A stretch of 63,882 nucleotides of DNA, the filler included, from Octopus bimaculoides (Eukaryota), in assembly GCF_001194135.2 (NCBI RefSeq). It is 5 parts of 4 records of this genome, joined end to end, with 100 filler letters (N's around TTAATTAATTAA, not from the genome) between each part and the next. Parts side by side here need not be neighbours in the genome. Positions count along the whole stretch, not along the records: positions 45,346 to 58,499 come from NC_068981.1; positions 58,600 to 63,882 come from NC_068985.1; 3 more parts are not named here. One strand, given 5' to 3'. Numbering within the stretch: the stretch's first letter is position 1; every line of letters begins with the position of its first letter. Positions 52,865 through 63,882 of this stretch are shown in pieces. The notes below the pieces were generated by a model. That model was not told the origin of the DNA. It ran no database searches and saw nothing but the letters and a program-made list of their open reading frames with translations. The translations under genes and the position numbers were made by a program.

Positions 52865-53141
52865 ACTTTACTCTTTTACTTGTTTCAGTCATTTGACTGC
52901 GGCCATGCTGGAGCACCGCCTTTAGTCGAGCAAATCGACCCCAGGACTTATTATTTGGAAGCCTAGTACTTATTCTATCGGCCTCTTTTGCCGAACCGCT
53001 AAGTTACGGGGACGTAAACACACCAGCATCGGTTGTCAAGCGATGGTGGGGAGACAAACACAGACACACAAACACACATATATGCATATATACGACGGGC
53101 TTCTTTCAGTTTCTGTCTACCAAATCCACTCACAAGGCTTT
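52865..53141 (-). mobile_element. Family A SINE (young copy, cut by a gap)
   Basis: TACTCTTTTACTTGTTTCAGTCATTTGACTGCGGCCATGCTGGAGCACC..., CpGs intact. Confidence 0.9.
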
Positions 53142-53481
53142 NNNNNNNNNNNNNNNNNNNNNNNNNNNNNNNNNNNNNNNNNNNNNNNNNNNNNNNNNNN
53201 NNNNNNNNNNNNNNNNNNNNNNNNNNNNNNNNNNNNNNNNNNNNNNNNNNNNNNNNNNNNNNNNNNNNNNNNNNNNNNNNNNNNNNNNNNNNNNNNNNNN
53301 NNNNNNNNNNNNNNNNNNNNNNNNNNNNNNNNNNNNNNNNNNNNNNNNNNNNNNNNNNNNNNNNNNNNNNNNNNNNNNNNNNNNNNNNNNNNNNNNNNNN
53401 NNNNNNNNNNNNNNNNNNNNNNNNNNNNNNNNNNNNNNNNNNNNNNNTCTTTTGAATATGAAAATTTAAAAGTTATAAACC

Positions 53482-53530
<49 letters not shown>

Positions 53531-53589
53531 TATATATTACACACAAACACGCACGCACGCACACACCACGCATGCGCGCACACATTACA

Positions 53590-54400
53590 AGAACCCCGAT
53601 ACCATCTAGCTTGTGTTAATATGCCGCAATCCAGATACTTTGGACGAAAAGGTGCAGCAATCCCAGAGTTAAGTACAGTGCGTGATCTGGGAATCGATAT
53701 GAGCCACAACGCCTATTTCCACGCGCATTTCACCAAGATGATGGAAATGTACTGGCCAATGACCAGACGGAGTCTGAGAAAACCTCAGACCAAGGGACTA
53801 GGTTCTATAGATGTCATTTGTCCTCAGTCATTGGACTATAACTCTTAACTGCAGTCTGCAGTCACCCAACGATATCAAACTAATACCGGAACTTGAGGCA
53901 GTTCAGCGGTGCTACACCAAGAAGGTTGCGTTAATGGAACAGCTAAGCTACTGGGAGAAACTGAAAGAGCTACGATTTTACTTTCTGGAGCAAAGACGAG
54001 AGAGATATGAAGTGTTATACATATGGAAGATCTTGGAGTGGTTGGCGCCAAACATTGGCATCAAGAGCTATACAAGCTCTCGAAATGGACGTCTCTGCTC
54101 TATTGCAAAGGTCCCAGCCATCCCGCTAGAGTGAAGACTATGTACAAGAATGGCTTGATATTCAATGTTCCAAGGCTTGAATACCTTGTCAAAACATCTG
54201 AGAGATCTACATAGAGTAGGGGGTAGATGTCTTGAGAGTAGGGGGTAGATGTCTTGAGAGTAGGGGGTAGATGTCTTGAGGTTGACCTCTTTCCTGTCCA
54301 CGGTCCCAGATGAGTCCATACCACAGCAAGAAACCTAAATGAGGGCAGCAATATCGAAGCGACTCCTTTACCAAAACCTATCACAGAACAATGGCCATTG
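53590..54400 (+). mobile_element. CR1-group LINE 3' region
   Basis: VRDLGIDMS and LEAVQRCYTKKVALMEQLSYWEKLKELRFYFLEQRRERYEVLYIWKILE. Frameshifted. Confidence 0.88.
54213..54278 (+). repeat. 22-bp tandem repeat x3 within the CR1 fragment
   Basis: AGAGTAGGGGGTAGATGTCTTG, three identical copies. Confidence 0.9.
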
Positions 54401-54504
54401 AAAAGGGAGGTGACACTGGCGGTGCCCCAGCATGGTCACTGCTATTGGGCTGAAATGCATAAAACAATAAAAAGAATATGTATATATATATATATATATG
54501 TATA

Positions 54505-54805
54505 TTCTTTTACTCTTTTACTTGTTTCAGTCATTTGACTGCGGCCATGCTGGAGCACCACCTTTAGTCGAGCAAATCGACCCCAGGACTTATTCTTTGG
54601 ATGTCTAGTACTTATTCNNNNNNNNNNCATACATATATATACGACGGGCTTCTTTCAGTTTCCGTCTACCAAATCCACTTACAAGGCTTTGGTCGGCCCG
54701 AGGCTATAGTAGAAGACACTTGCCCAAGGTGCCACGCTGTGGGACTGAACCCGGAACCATGTGGTTGGTAAGCAAGCTACTTCCCACACAGCCACCCCTA
54801 CGCCT
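54505..54805 (-). mobile_element. Family A SINE
   Basis: Near-identical to 52865-53141 plus an intact tRNA-like head. Confidence 0.9.
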
Positions 54806-55469
54806 ATATTATATATATATATTATATATATTATATTATATTATATATATATATATGTATGTATGTATGTATGTATATATGCATTTTATATATATATGTA
54901 TGTGTATATATGTGTGTGTATGTATATATATAGTTATATATGTAGAGAGAGAGAGAGAGAGATAAATAGATAAATAAATAAATAGATAAATACATACACA
55001 CACACGCACACACACATATGTCAATTTCCTTGCGTGAGATGTTTCTGCGTTTACGTTTATACGCGTCGAAAGAAAAACTTTTCCTGTTGTTTATGATAAA
55101 AGATCAAGCCGATCAATAAATATCGATAACATATGCACTATACGAAAGCAAATGGTGGATCGATGCATCCGACTGAGGAGAACCCTCTTAGGCAATGCTC
55201 CAGCTACGCCGCAGTAATTTTGCTTAAAGCAGTAAAAGTATAGAGCCTGAAAGAACACCCCCTCTTTACCACCATATTACACACGCATCTGAATTACATA
55301 TATATATATATACGCACGTAGTTATACGTATATACATGCACAAATACATATATTTTATATATACCTTATACATATACAAATATTAGTTGTGTGTATGTAT
55401 ATGTATATATGTATGTGTTTGTATGTGTGTGTAGATATAAAAATATAAATGCATATATGTGTGTGTGTT

Positions 55470-55508
<39 letters not shown>

Positions 55509-55830
55509 AATAATAAATGAGTATATGCATATATATGTACAGGTATGTGCATACCTACGTCTACCTGTATATATAGGTGCATATCTGGGTACAGGACATT
55601 GCAAAGAAAACGTAGACAAAAAAATAATAATAACCAGAGTACAGAAAACACACAAGCCACATAGAGAACATTTTCCTTCATCAGCTACCCCCATTTTCAC
55701 ACAGGCGTTTCGAAGAGTAATATATATACACACATACATATATATTTGTATATATATGTGTATGTGTATAAATAGAGAGAGGGATAGAGAGAAATACTAT
55801 ATATTTATATATGTATAAATATAAATATAA

Positions 55831-55861
<31 letters not shown>

Positions 55862-56185
55862 GAGATTCACACACACACTTTCACACGCACACACACATAT
55901 ACGAAAGAGAGAGAGATAGAGATTGGTGGGGGGGGGGGAATGTGTATTGGATTCAAATACTGTTTGCTCTCAATAAGTATATCTGTAAATCTATGAAGGT
56001 ATCTATAAAGCAATCACTGTCTCTTTACTTCTGCGTCTCCCCCACTCTCTCTCTTTCTCTACTTCTCTCTCTCTCCCCCTCCCTTCTATGTGTGTGTCTG
56101 TCTATGTATCGCTCTATCCGTATGTATGCGTTTGCCTTATGTAGCAGACAGTGTATAAGTGAAAACACATCTATCTATCTATCTA

Positions 56186-56226
<41 letters not shown>

Positions 56227-56511
56227 TTCTCTCTTAAGTGATAGATATACATACCTATATAATATATTAATGTGTCTATATGTATATATATACATATATA
56301 CACACACATATATGATATATACATTTATATACATACATAAATACACACATATATATATACGCATATATATATATATATATACACATATATATACACACAT
56401 ATATATATATACATATGCATACATATATATATATATATGTATGTAAATATATATATATGATATATATATAATATATATATGTATATATATATACATATAC
56501 ATGTGTATATA

Positions 56512-56569
<58 letters not shown>

Positions 56570-56837
56570 TACATACATTTCTATACACACACACACATCT
56601 ACATACACTTATATATTCATTGTTTATGTTTTGTCTGTCAAACGTCTGGAGGTAACAGTAAACAAATAGATTTGTGAAGCGAGCTGATTGTACATACATA
56701 TCATGTGTAGGTACACTCGATTCTGTAAACAGTGACAGGTGTTTTGATAACGTTCCTTGTTGAGTTCAGGCTTTTACTTGAGTGAAACTCAGATAAAGCC
56801 ACCGCGAGGACATGCATACTTAATGTTTGCATTCATT

Positions 56838-57360
56838 AGGCGGCTAGCTGGCAGAAACTTTAGCACGCCGGGCGAAATGCTTAGAGCAGGGGTTTTCAAA
56901 CTGTGGTCCCCGGACCACAGGGGGTCCGCAAGGACAAGACAGGGCGTCCGTGGATAGCAAATACTTTTTATGTGCAATTTGATTTTATATGTTTTTTTTA
57001 ATCGAAATCTTTTAATTGACAATAAACCTATTTGTTAAATACTGTTAAATAAATAAATGTAAAAATATATGTTATTTTAAGCAAATATTTATGTATAAAT
57101 TTCATAAGCGTTTATAAGGGGCTCCCTAAGGTAAAGCCTGAAATATAAAGGGGTCCGCAAGTCAAAAAGTTTGAAAACTCCTGGCTTAGAGGTATTTCGT
57201 CTGTCTTTACGTTTTTTGTTCAAATTCCGCCAAGGTCGACTTTGCCTTTCATCCTCTCGGGGTCGATAAATAAAGTACCAGTTGCGTACCGGGGTCGACC
57301 AAATCGAATAGCATCCCCCATCTCCAAAATTTCGGGCCTTGTGCCTGGAGTAGAAAAGAA
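56838..57360 (+). mobile_element. Family B SINE (CORE-like central block), split by the hAT MITE
   Basis: GGCGG-AGCTGGCAGAA...GTTCAAATTCCGCC...GCCTTTCATCCT-TCGGGGTCGATAAA-AAAGTACCAGTT. Further copies at about 13705-13850(+), 15850-16010(-), 22120-22325(-), 27970-28170(-), 30835-31050(+), 35660-35740(-) and 41540-41750(+). Confidence 0.85.
56887..57183. mobile_element. hAT-family MITE inserted into a SINE
   Basis: 16-bp TIRs CAGGGGTTTTCAAACT / AGTTTGAAAACTCCTG (1 mismatch). Perfect 8-bp TSD GCTTAGAG at 56879-56886 and 57184-57191. Confidence 0.92.
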
Positions 57361-57424
57361 TATTTGCATTCATACACCCACGCGCATACATAAAGTGTTA
57401 TATATACATATATATATATATATA

Positions 57425-57803
57425 TTCTTTTACTTGTTTCACTCATTTGACTGTGGTCATGCTGGAGCACCGCCTTTAGTCGAGCAAATCGACCCCAGGA
57501 CTTATTCCATCGGTCTTTTTTGCTGAAGTGTTAAGTTATAGAGACATAAACATACCAGCATCGGTTGTCAAGCGATGTTGGGGGGACAAACAGACACACA
57601 AACAAACACACACATACATATATATATATATACATATATACCTCGGCTTCTTTCAGTTTCTGTCTACCAAATCCCCTCACAAGGCTTTAGTCGGCCCTAG
57701 TCTTTAGTAGAAGACACTTACCCAAGGTGCCACGGAGTGGGACTGAAACCGGAACCATGTGGTTTGTAAGCAAGCTACATACCACGCAGCCATTCCTACG
57801 CCT
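57425..57803 (-). mobile_element. Family A SINE
   Basis: Tail, internal microsatellite and head all present. Confidence 0.88.
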
Positions 57804-58174
57804 ATATATATTTGTGTGTGTGTTTGTTTGTGTATGTGTGTGTGTGTGTGTGTGTGCGTGTGTGTTTATAGTTCAGATATACAGAAGTAGAACTGTATGC
57901 GTATAGTGACAAGTTAATTTGTTTTATTATAGTGGAAAAACTACGTTTGTAACTAAAGTTCTTTGTTGAATTCCTTGAATATATAATGTATATATATATA
58001 TATACACACGCATATGTGCATATATTAATATATAAATATATATATAAAACAAAAGGGACGTATATATGTATATGTATATATATGTATATATATATATATA
58101 TGTATGTATATATATATGTATATATATATATATGTATGTATATATGTATGTATATATATATATGTATGTATATG

Positions 58175-58232
<58 letters not shown>

Positions 58233-58442
58233 TATATATGTATATGTATGTGTGTGCGTATGTAGGGAGGTACATGTTTCAATGTGCGTATGCATGTATG
58301 CATGCCTGTGAGTTTGTGTGTGTATATATACAGTTCTATAATGCTTTATATATATGCTTTGTATATTTACCTATATATACGTAAAATATATCTATAGACA
58401 CATACTCACCCAGACACACATACATACAGATGTCGTGTATGA

Positions 58443-58499
<57 letters not shown>

Positions 58500-58599
58500 N
58501 NNNNNNNNNNNNNNNNNNNNNNNNNNNNNNNNNNNNNNNNNNNTTAATTAATTAANNNNNNNNNNNNNNNNNNNNNNNNNNNNNNNNNNNNNNNNNNNN
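58500..58599. other. Artificial scaffold-joining spacer
   Basis: Same structure, TTAATTAATTAA at 58544-58555. Confidence 0.95.
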
Positions 58600-58624
58600 C
58601 CCCCCCCCTTTCTCTTTCTCTCTT

Positions 58625-58669
<45 letters not shown>

Positions 58670-58695
58670 ACGTTTGTATACATATATTTTATATA

Positions 58696-60059
58696 GATAA
58701 AGAGATAGTACTAGTTAGCTTTGACGTAAGTAGTCTCTACACAAATATCCCCCCTGTATATGGGCTATAAGCAATATAACTCTTAATAAACAGGCACCTA
58801 CAAAGAATTCAGGAGAGATTCTCAAAAGAATTTATAATTGAATGTTTACAGATAGTTCTAGAAAACAACTACTTCTCTGATAATCAATATTATTTACAAA
58901 CACAAGGCACTGCGATGGAGACAAAAGCTGCACCAACGCTTGCCACACTAGTAATGGGTTACCTAGAAAAAAAAATCTACACCCTGTCCAGAACTACTTT
59001 TCATCACCACTTCCAAAACTATCTTATAGGAAACTGGAAAAGATTCTTTGATGACTGCGTCGTATTTTGGAACCAAATGAAGGAGGACCATACAAGATTT
59101 CTGAAAATTAATAAATAGCATTTATGTCTCAATCCAATTTATTATGGAAATGAATGAAAAGGAACTCCCTTTTCTGGATATTCTGGTAATTAAGGAAAAT
59201 GAGACAGTTACAACTGACCTCTACTACAAGAACACAGACACGCAGAAATAGTTAGATTTTATATCTTGCCACCCTCCCCACACAAAAAGAAACATACCAT
59301 TTAATATGGCAAGACGCATATGCTCAATAGCGACAGATACTGTAGATGAGAGAAACGACTGGCACAACTTAATATATTCCTTCAGAAACAAAAATACCCC
59401 AAGTTAATTCAACATGCCATAACAAAATCAAAGAAAAGCCTGATCTCTGCATTATGAAGAAACACTCAGAATAGATGTGAAAACAAAAATGCAAATACAA
59501 ATATTCCATTTGTAGTCACCCACAATCCTAGAAACCACAACATCTTGTACTCAGCCAAACGAAACCTCCCAATTCTACAGCAATCACCAAATCTCCAACG
59601 AATAATTAGAAAATCACAAATTATCAACAATCGAGGACAACCACCAAACCTCAAGAGACCTCTATCAAAGTTGAGATTTATATTTATTTGAAAAAGAAAT
59701 GATGCAAGTAACCAACTGTGGAGACGTGTGAAATAATTGACCAAAGGACAACCAAAAGATTCAAGAACGGGAAGGAATTAAAAGTGAATGCAAACATAAA
59801 TTGCAAAACAAAAAACCTCATCTACTGCATCCTATGCCCACAATGCAATAAAAACTAAAGTCGTGTAAATGTGCATAAACAACAAATTAGGGATTCATCT
59901 CTTAAGAATGTTCCATGCAGTGAACAACTAGATATCTGTGCAAGTGGAATATTTTAAATATTCCCATTTAACAAAATAAACGATGAAAATGATCAACTAC
60001 GAAAGGCAAAAGAAGAATGCTTTATAAGAATTTTATATCCGGAACTAAACCGAAAATAG
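58696..60059 (+). mobile_element. Decayed Penelope-like element (RT plus GIY-YIG endonuclease)
   Basis: RT motifs LVSFDVSSLYTNIP, QTQGTAMETKAAP and WKRFFDD, then LPFLDILV and SCHPPHTKRNIPFNMARRIC. Endonuclease region NCKTKNLIYCILCP ... ECFIRILYPELN. Multiple stops and frameshifts. Confidence 0.92.
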
Positions 60060-60383
60060 TTAATACTTCATATAATAAACAATGGTAAAAGAATATTTAC
60101 ATATTCCCTTTTACCAAATATTAGATAAAAATGATTAACTATAAAAGACGAAGGAAAAATTATTCATGAAAAACCTAAGTGCGAAAATTAACTGGAAATA
60201 GTTAATACTACCACGATTACAAAAATTACAACTTCCTCGTTTGTACATTATCCAAGAACACGTGTATTTGAAAAGAAAATCGGAAGCGCTTACACACACT
60301 AGAAAGAAACTTCTTCCACAAAGTTCAGTGAAGTTCTGCTAAAGAATTTATAACTTAAAAAAAAAAAATTCTCNNNNNNNNNN

Positions 60384-60426
<43 letters not shown>

Positions 60427-62435
60427 GTGTGTGAGTGTGTGGTGTGAGTATGTTGTGAGTGTGTGTGTTGAAGAAATAAATCATGAGTATAAATGAATGT
60501 GGCATAAAATATCTTATCAAAATCGTGGCCACTTATAAACATTGCGATGTTATTTTTGAGACACATTTGGAAATTTGACAAACTTGTGCAATTTTGCAAC
60601 CCACTAGTATTACTTACAACTGAAGGTACAAGTTTCATGACTAAAGAATGAAACATTCTCAGGCTAACTAAGATTGACGTTTCTCACTAAATATATCACA
60701 GTTTAAGTGTTGGTCATACTATAAATGTAATTAATTGACGCCTCTCAAATAATTTTTTGTTCATCATAGATACATAGCACTCGTTTTAGAGTGTCAATTC
60801 TTCGAAAGTGATTTATTTTCGTTAAATATATTTACATTGCTTTTCCTGTGAGTTTAGGAACACAGAAGCACCGTTTAGAAAGTAATTTTTATAGTTTACA
60901 TGAACAGTTCGTGGTCGAGCCTGTGGCAGTGGAGATGTCTAGCGTTCTCGGACCCCGGACTATGCTTCTGCTCGTCGCTGTTGGGGCGGAGATGGCTATC
61001 CGCGGATTCGAGCCCCGTGAGTCAGAGAAGTTGTTTCAGAGCATTTCCCTCGCTCTCCTCTGGGGCAAAGCCTTTTCTATTTTGTTTGCTGAGGCCATGA
61101 GGCGATCGGAATTACAAGAAATTGTACGTCCCAATCCTTTATATAAAGTTACTCCATATAATGTATTAACACTGCTTATAAAGTGTTTAATAGAGAAGAT
61201 AGAATGTAAGCTTTCATATTCTATTTTCATAGAAAATCCGAGATCATGTAATGGTACATATATGTATGTATGTATTATGTATGTATTATGTATGCATGTA
61301 TGTGTGTACGTATATGTGTATATATGTGTGTATGTATGTGTTTGTGTTTGTATCTGTCCCTCACCACCCTCACTTGAAAGCCAGTGTTGGTCTGTATACA
61401 TCTCTATAATCTTGCGGGTCAGCAAAAGAGTGCGATAGAATAAGTACCAGGCTTTAAAAAAGTACTAGGGTCGATTCTTTCGAGCAAAACCCTTCAAGGC
61501 GGTGCACCAGCATGGCCGCAGTCTAATGACTGCAACAAGTAAAAGATAAAAGATACAAAGCTATATATATTGTATACATTGTGCATATAATCCTCAGCGA
61601 ACATTTTATCTTATATATCCTATACATCTTATCGAACATCAAAACATCAATAACGAGCCAGTAATGGGTCTGCTACAAGGTTAATCGACTTGTCTGAAAT
61701 AGCAGCCGATTGTGCAGCGAAACACATAACACTGTTTTAAATAAAAAAAGATCACCACGTTAGATAATGTATGTAATCTTAGACGCACGGTGTTTGAATA
61801 AATAGGATGTTCCCGGCCTGAACACCACTAGTGATAGGTTTGTTAGGTCAAAGAGTGTCTGAGCTATAAAACAACATAAACTAATGTGCAAACCAATATA
61901 TACACATATGTGTATAGTTTGATATGTGTGGCTGAAGCTACACAGATTATAATTGTCAATTTAAACAAGCCGTAAACATTTGTATCTTTAGTTACTCATT
62001 TTAATTAGAGGCATTCAACAACAAGCAGCATGGCGACATAGAAAGCGAAACATAATCATCAGACTGGGCAGCACAAATATCGTGTTGGCGTGATCAAACA
62101 AGATTATTCTCACGACAGATAAACTTTTAATAACTAGGATAAGAATTAAGAATGAAAGAGAGATAACTCGCACACATGTCGGGTTTTGTTGTGGCTATTA
62201 ATAGCAAAACCTGCTGGTAAATACCATCTGTTTGATACGTTCTTGGACCTATGTGTATATCTTTGTGGCCACAGAGTTTGATCCATATTACTCAGTATAC
62301 GGGCATAATTACAGATGCGTATATCAAGTGCGTACACCACGTCTCAAGGGATAATATATTTCATCATATATTTCATCAGGTTAGTGCATGAAAGAGAAGT
62401 AAATAATAATAATCATAAATCATGAATAAATAGAA

Positions 62436-62738
62436 TTAGAAATAAACATTGTGTCCATTATTACATGGAGGCATGCATATATTAGGATATATCTCTGCAA
62501 ATTTGCATATTCCAGCCTGCTTACGTGCATACGTTGATTCAGTCGTATACATGTCCTTGTATTCCTCAGGGAAGATCCCATTGTCAAAATTCAGCTGGCC
62601 TATAAGGAGTTGGATATCCATAGCAGTGATTCCTTTTCTACGTGTGATTATCCACTCAATATACAATGTGGACAATAGGTATATGTACAAAACTTGTACA
62701 CGTGGTGGCCTATCGCAGTGTTTCTGTCTTACTTTCAG
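62436..62738 (-). CDS. Candidate terminal exon of an unidentified gene
   Basis: tttAG then 100 sense codons to TAA: LKVRQKHCDRPPRVQVLYIYLLSTLYIEWIITRRKG...NFDNGIFPEEYKDMY...CMPPCNNGHNVYF. The antisense frame is also open, so the strand is uncertain. Confidence 0.35.
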   Translation of the reverse strand: MKVRQKHCDRPPRVQVLYIYLLSTLYIEWIITRRKGITAMDIQLLIGQLNFDNGIFPEEYKDMYTTESTYARKQAGICKFAEIYPNICMPPCNNGHNVYF

Positions 62739-63298
62739 CTAAACACTAACACTAAGTACATCGCTTAAAGTTCACATTAGCTTATGGGTTAATATATAAA
62801 AATCATCGTATGGTAGAGCAGGAATATGATTCTAAAGGAAAGTCAGAGGCTACTCTATTAATATTTACCCTGAATTTTCTTTGTGGAGAAGTGAAAGGCG
62901 AAGAGTTAAGTTAGATAAGAGGAAGACTGGCAAGAAAACACGGAAGTAAGAGGGATAATGAAAGGGTGGAAATGTAATATAAGAGTGAGAATGTGTAGGA
63001 GATGAGACGAAATTAAGTTGAAATACTGCTTTCACTTGGATGTCGAAATTACAAAAGTTTTCTTTTGTTATTGTTTCTAAAAACAGAATTCCTAATGTAT
63101 AGCCGATGGGATGCCGAAAGGTATCTAGGACGGATATACTCGAAAGTTTGTAAGCTTAAATTTGTTTATACGTGTTCAAGAAAAAGAGGTTCTTTTTTTT
63201 TTTTTCTTATTTGTTTAAGATGTTGGACAATGGAAACAGCGTTCAGAGATTTTCAATATCAGACACATTTCACTTACTGAAACACTTGTTGTACTTAC

Positions 63299-63495
63299 CT
63301 GCTTCTACAGTAATAATCCATCTTATTGCAGGATTTTTATACTCCTTTGGTCCTTCAAATGCCAGGTAAACTTTGGGAATGAGGTAGAATATCGTTTCTT
63401 CATGTGCTTGAACGAATATATACTGCTTGTATCACTTGTGTGTTTCTACGTGTTCCAGTGTCTTGTTCTTTGTTTATATACTATGTTTAATTGAC
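63299..63495 (-). CDS. Candidate exon of an unidentified gene (possibly pseudogenised)
   Basis: Pyrimidine-rich ctAG acceptor and CAG|GTAAGT donor. The 3' 124 nt read YIFVQAHEETIFYLIPKVYLAFEGPKEYKNPAIRWIITVEA, but two stops lie upstream in the same frame. Confidence 0.35.
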
Positions 63496-63555
63496 CTAGA
63501 TATCAAGAGAAGAGAGATACGTTACTGGTAATCTGCATGATTTGTGTTGACTTAC

Positions 63556-63606
63556 AGGAATTTTACGTTCAGTCAGACGTTTTGCTTGTACTTCTATCAT
63601 GGCTGA
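63556..63606 (-). CDS. Candidate 51-nt exon of an unidentified gene
   Basis: tgtattttcAG acceptor and GTAAGT donor. Only one frame is open: SAMIEVQAKRLTERKIP. Confidence 0.4.
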
Positions 63607-63882
63607 CTGAAAATACAGACATTTTCTTCTTTTAAAACTGACAGCTTCAGCACTTTTAGTTCCAGCTAACCTAATTAGATTCTTTATAATCTACCTCTAG
63701 CATTGATTGCTTTTATTTCCATTAACATATATATTTATGTTTGTGATTTTGTGCGTATGTGTGTATACGTGCACATGAGGGTTTGTGTGCGTGTGTGTAT
63801 GTGTGTGTGCGTGCGTGTATGCATGTGTTTATGTATATATACGTAATTATATATACACATTGGAGTATATATATATATATAT

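Overview
This is AT-rich, microsatellite-saturated eukaryotic genomic DNA with many N gaps. The SINE, LINE and Penelope repeat complement suggests an octopus-type coleoid cephalopod (inference). The window is not one locus: four identical 100-nt spacers (44 N + TTAATTAATTAA + 44 N) join five unrelated scaffolds (1-20953, 21054-32862, 32963-45245, 45346-58499, 58600-63882). The only gene I can identify is the 3' part of spatacsin (SPG11): five phase-compatible minus-strand exons at 34995-44541. The rest is decayed transposons (RTE, CR1, R4/Dong-like, Penelope, Tc1/mariner, pogo-like, hAT MITEs with target-site duplications), at least four SINE families and simple repeats. Nearly all listed ORFs are microsatellite or N-gap artefacts. 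The most interesting signals are near-perfect fold-back palindromes carrying intact minimal hammerhead-ribozyme cores: one at 25984-26392, and one inside an SPG11 intron at 40440-40716 with a hammerhead on each strand. There is also a cluster of unidentified candidate exons at 62436-63606.
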